NCBI GenBank assembly: GCA_963803825.1
Contig: CAWDOJ010000003.1
Coordinates: 215,724 to 279,723 of the forward strand
Direction of reading: 5' to 3'
Length of the DNA: 64,000 bases
Source of the DNA: an uncultured Verrucomicrobiae bacterium
GTDB lineage: Bacteria; Verrucomicrobiota; Verrucomicrobiia; Chthoniobacterales; JAATET01
Shown in pieces: positions 9,043 through 16,571 of this stretch. Every line of letters starts with the position of its first letter. Position 1 is the stretch's first letter. The notes under the pieces were generated by a model. That model did not search any database, was not told where the DNA came from, and was given only the letters and a program-made list of their open reading frames with translations. Both the position numbers and the translations under genes were made by a program.

Positions 9043-9875
9043 TCGTCGACCTCCTGGCGGTGGGCTTCGACGCCGAGGCGTTCGGCCATGCTCCAGCTCT
9101 GCATCGTGTCGATCTTGCCGCTCTTGAAGACGACGTAACCGCCGACCATGCCGAAGGCGACTTGGCAGACGATGAACCAAGGCCAGTCGATGCGGTCGGC
9201 GAGGGCGGGATTGATGAGACCAATCACCGGATACAGCAGCCCGGTCCAGATGAGCGGCATGATGATGCCGCCCCAGAACCACTGGAACTTGTCGGGCAGC
9301 ATCGGCAGGAGGGTCGTGTAGAGCAAGCCGATGAGAACGGAGACCGAGCCGTGCGCGAAGATGGCGACAACGAGACCGAGGAAACTGAACTGGCGGAGCG
9401 TCTCGAGATCGGCGCTGGCGAGGGTGCTGACGCCAGCCGCAGCAAGCAGATTGATTGGATACCAGATGCTTCCCTCGGCCCAGATGCCGTAGGCCATCGC
9501 CAGCACGGCCATGACGGCTCCGCCGACGAGACCGCCGAAGGCGCCCGCGGTGTAGGGATGGACCTCGACCGGGATGCGGGCTCGGTGGCCCTTTTTTCCG
9601 ACCGTGAGATGGCCGACGGATCGGGCAGAGGTCGCGGCCGGGGCGGGGCGTTCGCCGGGGGGTCGGATCGGGACGGGTTCGTGGGCGGGGTGGGGAAGGC
9701 AGTCGCGGAACCAGCCGACGGCTCCGAAGAGGCCACAAACGAGCCCGACGGCGCTGACGACGAGGCTGGTGACGAGACCGGCGAAGATGAGCGCGAGACC
9801 GAAGGCGGTGATGATTGGCCACGGGGTCGGCGTGGGCAGCTCGATGTGATCAGCGTGGCGGTGCGGGTCTTTCAT
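9039..9875 (-). CDS. polytopic membrane protein of unknown function inside the oxidase/bc cluster
   Basis: 278 aa with several hydrophobic spans. The N-terminal HIELPTPTPWPIITAFGLALIF resembles the start of small oxidase-associated (subunit IV-like) proteins. Coupled by ATGA to the downstream cytochrome c gene. Confidence 0.6.
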   Translation of the reverse strand: MKDPHRHADHIELPTPTPWPIITAFGLALIFAGLVTSLVVSAVGLVCGLFGAVGWFRDCLPHPAHEPVPIRPPGERPAPAATSARSVGHLTVGKKGHRARIPVEVHPYTAGAFGGLVGGAVMAVLAMAYGIWAEGSIWYPINLLAAAGVSTLASADLETLRQFSFLGLVVAIFAHGSVSVLIGLLYTTLLPMLPDKFQWFWGGIIMPLIWTGLLYPVIGLINPALADRIDWPWFIVCQVAFGMVGGYVVFKSGKIDTMQSWSMAERLGVEAHRQEVDE

Positions 9876-9898
9876 TGGTCGAAGTTCAGAAAGTCGGA

Positions 9899-9975
9899 AC
9901 GTCGAAGGTCCGAAGTGGTTCGTGCCAAAAACAGTCGCCCCAGCGATTTAAGAACGACCTTTGGACCTTCGACCT
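9899..9975 (-). other. imperfect inverted repeat (17-nt arms, 15/17 complementary, ~43-nt loop) between coxIII and the next gene
   Basis: Arm acgtcgaaggtccgaag (9899-9915) pairs with ctttggaccttcgacct (9959-9975). It lies in the 121-nt gap between the coxIII stop (9997) and the start at 9875. Confidence 0.5.
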
Positions 9976-9996
9976 TGGACCGCTTCATAGCGCGCT

Positions 9997-10629
9997 TCAT
10001 AGCGATATCAGCTCCGCGCTGATGACGTAAACTACGACCAGCACCACGGCCCAGATGGCGTCGACGAAGTGCCAATACCACGAGATCATCTGGATGCGCT
10101 CGAATTGATCGGGTTTGACGTGGCCTAGTATGCTAAGAACCCAGACCAGGCTCAGGAGCGTGAGGCCGACGATCACGTGGAAGGCGTGGAGGCCGACCAG
10201 CGAATAAAACGTCGAGCCGAAGACGTTCGACTGAAGCGTGAGGCCTTTGTGGACGATGAGTTCGTACCATTCGTAAGCGGTGAAGCCGATGAAGAAGAGG
10301 CCGAGCAAGATCGTGACGCCCCACCAAAGGTGGAATTTCGGGAGGGCGGTTTGGTGGAAGGCGCGCTCCGCGACGACGACCGTGACGCTGCTGGCGAAAA
10401 GGGCGATGGTCGCGATGATCGGAAACTCGAGGACGTCCGGCGCGTAGGGGGGCGTGAGGCTTTTGCCGATGTAGAAGAGATACGCAACGACGAAGATCGT
10501 GAAGAGCGCGGTCTCGGTGAAGATGAGCGCGCCGATACCGACCTTGCGGACCGATGGAGTGGTCCAAGGGGTGACTTCGGCTTCGGGGGCCGGGTCGTTG
10601 ATCATGGTCTCGTCGACGGAATCAATCAT
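9997..10629 (-). CDS. ctaE: cytochrome c oxidase subunit III
   Basis: Start at ATG 10629, an 8-nt overlap with the coxI stop. FYSLVGLHAFHVIVG and SWYWHFVDAIWAVV are typical of subunit III. Confidence 0.85.
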   Translation of the reverse strand: MIDSVDETMINDPAPEAEVTPWTTPSVRKVGIGALIFTETALFTIFVVAYLFYIGKSLTPPYAPDVLEFPIIATIALFASSVTVVVAERAFHQTALPKFHLWWGVTILLGLFFIGFTAYEWYELIVHKGLTLQSNVFGSTFYSLVGLHAFHVIVGLTLLSLVWVLSILGHVKPDQFERIQMISWYWHFVDAIWAVVLVVVYVISAELISL

Positions 10630-12321
10630 ACTTCCAATCGGGATCTTCCGGGTGTTTGAGGTCCCAGAGCGGGCGGCGGGAGCGGACCTCGGGGAGGACT
10701 TCAAAATTGTAGTCCGCCGGCGGCGAGGTCGTCATCCATTCCAACGTCCAGGCATCCCACGGGTCGTCACCCGCCGGTTTGCCTCGGAAGGCGGACCAGA
10801 TGAGATTCCACACGAAAGCGAGGATGCCTGCGGCCTGGAAGGCGACGCCGATGGTCGAGATCATGTTCCAGATTTCCCAACCGCGCCCGGCGTCGTAGGT
10901 GAAGATGCGGCGCGGCATGCCGAGGATGCCGGCGACGTGTTGGGGGGCGAAGGTGACGGTGAAACCGATGATGAAGAGCCAGAAGTGCCAGTGGCCGAGG
11001 CGGACGCTGAGCATGCGGCCGATGGCTTTCGGATACCAGTAGTAGACGGAGGCAAAGATCGTGAAGAGCAGGCCGCCGATGAGCACGTAGTGGAAATGCG
11101 CGACGACAAAATACGAGTCGCTGAGCTGCCAATCAAATGGCGCGACCGAGAGCATGACACCCGTCAGACCCGCGATGAGAAATTGGAAGAGAAACGCGAT
11201 GCAGAACATCATCGGTAGCTCGAGCCGGATGCGACCGCCGTACATGGTGCCCAGCCAGTTGAAGATCTTGATGCCAGTTGGGATGGCGATGATCATCGTC
11301 GAGACGGCGAAGAAGGTGTTGCCCAGCGACGTCATGCCGACGGTGAACATGTGGTGTGCCCAGACGCCGAGGCTGATGAAGGCGATCATGATCGTGGCCG
11401 CGACCATGACCGGATAGCCGAAGATTGGTTTGCGGGAGAAGACGGGGATGATCTCCGACGCCACGGCGAAGCCCGGAAGAATGAGGATGTAGACCTCCGG
11501 GTGGCCGAAGATCCAGAAGAAGTGCTGCCAGAGGACGGCGCTCCCGCCCGCCTGGGTGTCGAAGAATTTCGCCCCCAGATAGCGGTCGAGCGTGAGCATG
11601 ATCTGGCACGCCGACAGCGACGGCATGGCGATGAGAATGAGAAACGCCGTCACGAAGAGCAGCCAGACGAAGAGCGGCATGCGACCGAGCGTCATGCCCT
11701 TGCAACGCAAACAGATGATCGTGACGAAGATGTTGAGCGCGGTGCCGATGCTGCCGATGCCGCTGAGTAGCAGGCTGAGCGTCCAATAGTCGGTCGAGTG
11801 GCCGCGCGAGAACGCCTTCGCGGTGAGCGGCGAGTAGGCGAACCAGCCGACGTCGGGGGCGGAGCCGCGCCGTAGAGGCCGGGAGCGCCGAGGTAGCTGA
11901 AGTAGAAGAGGACTCCGCTGAAGAAGAAGACCCAGAAGCCGAATGCGTTCAGCCGAGGGAACGCCATGTCGCGGGCACCGATCATGAGCGGGACGAAGTA
12001 GTTCGCGAGGCCGAAGATGAGTGGCATGCCGACGTAGAACACCATCGCCGTGCCGTGCATCGTGAAGAAGCGGTTGTAGACTTCGGGCGCGAGGAAGTCG
12101 TTGTCCGGGATGGCGAGCTGGATGCGGATGGCGGCGGCCATGAGTCCCGCGACGACGAAGAAGAAAAGGCCAGTGCCGAAGTAAAGCAGGCCGATCTTTT
12201 TGTGATCGACGGTGTAGATGAACGACTGGATGACGCCCGTGAGCGTGCCGGGCTCTTCGCCGGGGCGAGTGGGCGAGATGGGGATCTCGCGGTAGGTCGT
12301 GATGGTGGTGCCGTTGGGCAT
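10622..12321 (-). pseudogene. ctaD: cytochrome c oxidase subunit I, frameshifted as given (1-nt shift in a C5/G5 run at 11855-11859)
   Basis: Track ORFs 11692-12423 and 10622-11710 carry the N- and C-terminal parts. The frame-1 sense ends at ...FSYLGAPGLYGAAPP. The other frame continues DVGWFAYSPLTAKAFSRGHSTDYWTLSLLLSGIGS...MRCKGMTLGRMPLFVW. Adding one C to the run restores GAAPPPDVGWF. Start at ATG 12321. Confidence 0.85.
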
Positions 12322-12324
12322 CAG

Positions 12325-12358
12325 GTTGGGTTGAGGGTTGAGAGTTGAAAGTTGAGTG
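12325..12358 (-). repeat. about five phased heptads (plus strand GTTGRRR; coding strand TCAACyy) directly upstream of the coxI ATG
   Basis: Plus strand reads ggttgggttgagggttgagagttgaaagttgagtgg. Read on the minus strand this is tcaactt tcaactc tcaaccc tcaaccc aacctg ATG. Confidence 0.8.
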
Positions 12359-12363
12359 GATGA

Positions 12364-12444
12364 TTCGGCTCTCTCGCTTCGCTCGATTTGCCGAGCGCGG
12401 CGGCGAGACGCCGCCGCTCGCACGCGGGGACGCGCGCGCTCCCC
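12364..12444 (+). repeat. 81-nt intergenic double-hairpin repeat, copy A
   Basis: ttcggctctctcgcttcgctcgatttgccgagcgcggcggcgagacgccgccgctcgcacgcggggacgcgcgcgctcccc. It matches copy B (45231-45311) at 69/81 positions with no gaps. Hairpin 1 is gcggcggcg-aga-cgccgccgc. Hairpin 2 is gggga...tcccc. Confidence 0.9.
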
Positions 12445-12469
12445 GTGAATGGCGTGGCGATGGGTTCCG

Positions 12470-13598
12470 TCATTTCAGCGTCTCCAGGTAGGTGACGATC
12501 TTGTGGATGTCGGAGTCGACGAGCTGCATGGCGGGCATGAGGGCACCCGGCTTCATGTGCTTGGCTTGCGGGTCTTTGATCCAATCGAAGAGGTTGTCCG
12601 TTGTGTTCGGAATCGCGCCGCCCGCGATGGTCGTGCGGGTGGCGAGCTTGGTGAGGTCGGGGCCGAAGACGGTCGCGCCGAGGCTGCCGTCGACGACGTG
12701 GCAATTGATGCAGGCGTTGCTGGCGAAAAGGTGGCGGCCAAGCTCGGCGTCGGGGTTAGTCGGGGCGGGGTTGGCGGCCATCTGGTTGGCGGCCCACGCG
12801 GCGTAGGCGTCGGGTTTCTCGACGAAGACCCGGAGCAACATGTGGGCGTGTTGGGTGCCGCAGTATTCCGCGCAATTTCCAAGAAAGAGGCCGGTCTCGG
12901 TCGGCTCAAGCCAGAAGCTCGTTCGTGCGGTTCGGGATGACGTCGGTCTTGCCGTTGAGTTGGGGGACCCAGAAGCTGTGGATGACGTCGGCGGATTGCA
13001 GGGCCACGCGGGTCGGGCGGGGATCGGCCTCGGTGCTCAGCGGAATGTGGATCTCGTTCGCCGTCGTGAAGATCGTCTCGCCCGACTTGTCGAGGTATTG
13101 GACTTCCCACCACCACTGGTGGCCGACGACTTTGATGTCGAGGGTGCTTTCGGGGAGTTGCGCGTTCTGGATGTCGGCGATGGTGCGGGCCGTGACGAGG
13201 ATGAGAACAACGGTGATGAGGATCGGCAGGACGGTCCAAGCGAGTTCGATCTGGGTGCTGCCGTAGACCTGGGGTGGCTCCTTGGTTTCGTCGTCGCCGG
13301 GGCGGCGGCGGAACTTGAGGATCGTGTAGGTGAGGAGGCCGGCGACCACGATGAAAATCGCCGCGCAGATGAGCAGGACCAGCAGCGAGACCTCGTGGAT
13401 CATGAGCGCGGGCGCCGACTTCGGGTCGAACATGTTGGCGACCGCGTGCAGCTTCTGGTCGTCCTGGCCGCTCGCCGCAGATGGGAGGAGTAGCGCCGTC
13501 ACCAGGAGCGTCCTCGTCGTCAATGCTGCGAGCCCAATCACGAAGGCTCGAATAGCAGGCGGGGCCACTCGGGAGCAACCCGATTTCTGCATTTGCAT
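12470..13598 (-). pseudogene. ctaC: cytochrome c oxidase subunit II with C-terminal cytochrome c domain (caa3 type), frameshifted as given near 12914
   Basis: ORF 12906-13664 ends ...DVIPNRTNELLA* at TGA 12908-12906. The next frame continues WLEPTETGLFLGNCAEYCGTQHAHM (CuA site) into ORF 12470-12841, which carries heme-c motif CINCH. The coding strand reads gag ctt c tgg ctt gag, so there is one extra nt (or two missing). Start placed at ATG 13598 (uncertain; 13592 and 13664 are also possible). Confidence 0.85.
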
Positions 13599-13636
13599 TG
13601 GCGAGGGGATTCCGATTGGATTCGGCCCGCTTGCAA

Positions 13637-14392
13637 ATGGCTGATTCCGACCCACTTTCCGCATCCCCGCGCTATCGGCGCATTGTTCTCAAAATTAGCG
13701 GCGAAGCCCTTCGGGAGATCGGCAGTGGCGATAGTATCTCGCCGCAGATCGTGAATCACGTCGCCAAGCAAGTCGCCGAGATCCGGCAGATGGGCGTCGA
13801 GGTCGCGGTCGTGGTCGGGGGTGGAAATATCTGGCGTGGTCTCTCGGCGAGCCACCGCGGGATGAATCGCACGACCGCCGATTACATGGGCATGCTGGCG
13901 ACCGTGATCAACGGGATGGCGCTGATGAGTGGGCTCGAAGAGATCGGGGTGAGCGTGCGGGTGCAGACGGCCATCGAGATGAACAACGTCGCCGAACCCT
14001 TCATCCTGCGGCGCGCCGTGCGGCACCTCGAGGTCGGTCACGTGGTGATCTTTGTCGCGGGGACGGGCAACCCATTTTTCTCGACCGACACGACGGCCGC
14101 GCTGCGGGCCAACGAGATCGGCGCCGGTGTCATTCTCAAGGCGACGAAGGTCGACGGGATCTACGACGCGGATCCGGTGAAGAATCCGGACGCCAAGAAG
14201 TTCGACCACATCACGTATTCCGACGCGCTTGCTCGGCGGCTGCAGGTGATGGATTCCACGGCATTCAGTCTTTGCATGGACAACCGGATGCCGGTTATCG
14301 TCTTTGACATGGCGGAGAAGGACAACATCCGCCGCGCCGTGATGGGTGAGAAAGTCGGCACCCTGGTCTCGGAATCACCGGAAATCAGCTAA
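13637..14392 (+). CDS. pyrH: UMP kinase
   Basis: [38 protein letters not shown] and [13 protein letters not shown] are all typical of PyrH. Start at ATG 13637. Confidence 0.9.
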   Translation: MADSDPLSASPRYRRIVLKISGEALREIGSGDSISPQIVNHVAKQVAEIRQMGVEVAVVVGGGNIWRGLSASHRGMNRTTADYMGMLATVINGMALMSGLEEIGVSVRVQTAIEMNNVAEPFILRRAVRHLEVGHVVIFVAGTGNPFFSTDTTAALRANEIGAGVILKATKVDGIYDADPVKNPDAKKFDHITYSDALARRLQVMDSTAFSLCMDNRMPVIVFDMAEKDNIRRAVMGEKVGTLVSESPEIS

Positions 14393-14393
14393 C

Positions 14394-14954
14394 ATGGACA
14401 CGGACGAAGTATTATTGGAGACGGAGGAATCGATGGAGAAAGCCATCGAATTCATGGGCCACGAATTCGCGGCGATCCGCACGGGCAAAGCCTCGCCGGG
14501 CCTCGTCGACAATCTCGACGTCGAGGCCTACGGGACACCGATGAAGATGAAGCAGGTTGCGGTGATCAGTGCGCCGGAGCCGCGTATGCTGGTTGTCCAG
14601 CCCTTCGACCAGACCACGATCAAGGACATCGCGCGCGCGATCCACGAGTCGCGCCTTGGAATCAATCCGGTCGTCGACGGCAAGATCATCCGAATCCCGT
14701 TCCCGGAGCTGACCGAGGAGCGGCGTAAGGAATTGGTCAAAATGCTAAAGGGGATCGCCGAAGAGACGCGGGTCCGCATCCGATCGTGCCGCCGCGATTC
14801 GATGGAGACGGTGAAGAAGGGCCAGAAGGCGGCCGAGATCTCCGAGGATCAGATGCTGACGGCGGAGGACGAGATCCAGAAGCTGACGGATCGATTCAAC
14901 AAGAAGATCGAAGAGCAGTTTGCGGCCAAGGAAGTGGAGATCATGAAGGTCTAG
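14394..14954 (+). CDS. frr: ribosome recycling factor
   Basis: Start at ATG 14394, 1 nt after the pyrH TAA. RTGKASPGLVDNLDVEAYG and IPFPELTEERRKELVK are typical of RRF. Confidence 0.9.
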   Translation: MDTDEVLLETEESMEKAIEFMGHEFAAIRTGKASPGLVDNLDVEAYGTPMKMKQVAVISAPEPRMLVVQPFDQTTIKDIARAIHESRLGINPVVDGKIIRIPFPELTEERRKELVKMLKGIAEETRVRIRSCRRDSMETVKKGQKAAEISEDQMLTAEDEIQKLTDRFNKKIEEQFAAKEVEIMKV

Positions 14955-14958
14955 GGGG

Positions 14959-14993
14959 GATTTATGATTGATGATTTCCGATTGATGGTTTTG
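14959..14993 (+). repeat. GATT-phased heptad repeat element (gatttat gattgat gatttcc gattgat ggttttg)
   Basis: Read directly from the sequence. About 28/34 identical to the element at 47286-47320. Both follow a stop codon plus a G-run and precede or overlap the next start codon. Confidence 0.85.
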
Positions 14994-15470
14994 CGGGTTG
15001 GTGCGGGGTTGGTCATTGCGCTGGCTTTCATGGGAATTGCGGAGGCGCGCGTTGTGCGACCCGCTCCGGACTTCTCGTGGGCGACGTCCGCAGGGGTGGC
15101 GAAGTCGTTGAAGTCTTTGGAAGGACAGCCAGTTGTGGTGTTGATCGCACCTTCGCCGAAGGATCGAAAATTTCGCAAGCAAGTGAAGCAGCTCGAGGCG
15201 GACTACCAGCGCCTGGCTTCCAAGGGTCTCATCTGCTTTGCGGCTTTCACCGAAGAAGGTGGACGGGTCGGATCGAACATCCCGTTTATTGTGGCGGCGG
15301 ACGGACCGCGGGTCGGTTTTCTTTACGAGATCCCGACCGGATTTGCGATGGCGATCATCGGTCCAGATGGGAATCTGGACTACCTGACAGACGACGTGGT
15401 CGACGCGCAACGCGTGATTGACGTGATGAACAACAACGCATCGCGGCAGGAGTATCTGCGCAAAGAATAG
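14964..15470 (+). CDS. thioredoxin-fold (TlpA/redoxin-like) exported protein lacking the CxxC motif
   Basis: APDFSWATSAG...LKSLEGQPVVVLIAPSPKD aligns to the redoxin pattern, but the position of WCxxC reads APSPKD. The signal-like MVLRVGAGLVIALAFMGIAEA suggests ATG 14985 as an alternative true start. Confidence 0.6.
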   Translation: MIDDFRLMVLRVGAGLVIALAFMGIAEARVVRPAPDFSWATSAGVAKSLKSLEGQPVVVLIAPSPKDRKFRKQVKQLEADYQRLASKGLICFAAFTEEGGRVGSNIPFIVAADGPRVGFLYEIPTGFAMAIIGPDGNLDYLTDDVVDAQRVIDVMNNNASRQEYLRKE

Positions 15471-15565
15471 CGGTCCGACGCGGTCAGTCGGCTAGGGTCC
15501 GGAGTCCTTCCGGCGCAACGGGGCGACGCGCAGGATCGAACGGAACGAATTCAGAGGCGAGGAGT

Positions 15566-15845
15566 TTGCGGTGCAGGGCGTGCGGTCTCTCGGCCATCCT
15601 TCTTTTGGGCGGAGACTCGGTCCGGATGGGACGCGATAAGGTGCTCATCGAGTGGGGTGGCGAGCCGTTGTGGCGACATCAACTACGGACGCTCTGGTAA
15701 CTGAGTCCCGAAGAGGTCATCCTATCGGTCGGGCGGCGGCTTTCGAATTTCTGGCGAGGAAGGTTTCGAGATTGGTGCTCATAGGATGTCGTTGCCGATC
15801 GTTCCGGAGAACGAAGCGGCAAGCGGCTTCGGTGGTGAGATATAG
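15566..15845 (+). pseudogene. MobA-like (molybdenum cofactor guanylyltransferase / NTP_transf_3) gene fragment with in-frame TAA and later frame breaks
   Basis: Translation reads ...LSAILLLGGDSVRMGRDKVLIEWGGEPLWRHQLRTLW*LSPEEVILSVGRR. It carries the GGxSxRMGxDK motif and has an in-frame TAA at 15698-15700. The sequence beyond about 15740 is no longer recognisable and abuts the znuB remnant. Confidence 0.35.
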
Positions 15846-15866
15846 GGTGAAGAGAAGGGCGGTGAT

Positions 15867-16571
15867 TCAGAAGCTGGGGGGCCAATTGGTGAGGCACGCA
15901 AGGAGGATGCCTGCCCAGACAGCGATCAGACCAAACGAGACGGAGAGGCCGATCCCGGGCCAGAACGCACGGGTCAGCCGGTTCGCAATCCCCGCAGGTC
16001 CGATGATCAACGTGAAGACGAGGAGGATGCTGACGACCTGGCTGGCGAGGGTGACGGACACGGCGAGGATCACCATGAAGAGCACGGCGAGGCAGAGAAC
16101 GGTGAGGATGAGCGTCTGGGTGATCTGGGCCAGGGTGACGCCGAAGATGTTGCCGAAAAGGATCGCGGTCGCTTGGCCAGCAAAGCCCTTTTAAAGCGTG
16201 AGGAAAAGCGTACCGACGCCGAGAGCGAGCGAGAGGACTATGCTGATGGCCAACTCGCTGCGCTGAAGCCGGTCGCCGAAAAATCCCATGACGGCCCCGG
16301 CCAGGATCGCGATGGCGAGCATGCCCTGCGGCGACGTCGCGTCGGGCGGTCGCGCCCGCCCAAGGGAGTCCCCTGCGGTGACCGCCGTGCGCGGCGGCGA
16401 CGAGCGACCGGGCGCTGAGGCCGCTACCTTCCACGGCGGGGCGGGATTGGGGCCGAAGACGCCGATGAATTCGCCGGGCAAGATGATGCCGTTCACCGCG
16501 CTTAAAATGTCACGCCCCCCCCCCCCCCCCAGGCGGACGCCGGCTTCGGCTAGCTCGATGGCCGGGGTCAC
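15867..16571 (-). pseudogene. znuCB: remnant of zinc ABC transporter genes: znuC 5' end fused by deletion to an internally deleted, nonsense-containing znuB
   Basis: GTG 16571 opens VTPAIELAEAGVRLGGGGGRDILSAVNGIILPGEFIGVFGPN, which stops being ATPase-like exactly at Walker A. About 35 codons later the same frame reads the ABC-3 permease middle GMLAIAILAGAVMGFFG...LALGVGTLFLTL, then an in-frame TAA (16193-16191) where a Tyr is expected, then KGFAGQATAILFGNIFGV...LIIGPAGIANRL...stop at 15867. The locus spans about 700 nt, versus about 1.5 kb expected for an intact znuC+znuB. Confidence 0.6.
16515..16530. repeat. C16 (G16 on coding strand) homopolymer inside the znuC remnant
   Basis: cacg + 16 C + aggcgg, read directly. 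It encodes the GGGGG run and is in frame at this length. Confidence 0.95.

Noticed and set aside
11850-11865. Programmed ribosomal frameshift in coxI.
   Set aside because: There is no slippery heptamer or downstream stimulatory structure. Several unrelated genes in the window carry similar indels. A homopolymer indel, either an error or a mutation, is more likely.
16191-16193. Possibility that TAA is recoded or read through, since in-frame TAA occurs in znuB (16191-16193), the mobA-like fragment (15698-15700) and between uppP and the downstream in-frame ORF (29509-29511).
   Set aside because: TAA is used as an ordinary terminator by clearly complete genes here (aguB 218-220, lpxC-fabZ 2808-2810, cytochrome b 6204-6206, pyrH 14390-14392). 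Two of the three cases also sit in loci with additional deletions. Nonsense mutation or gene decay is the simpler reading.
15652-16434. Track ORFs 15652-16194 (+) and 15679-16434 (-) as intact genes in the zinc-transporter region.
   Set aside because: Their translations are Arg/His/Pro-rich with no motifs. The recognisable ZnuB and ZnuC segments lie in other frames, so these ORFs are by-products of the decayed locus.
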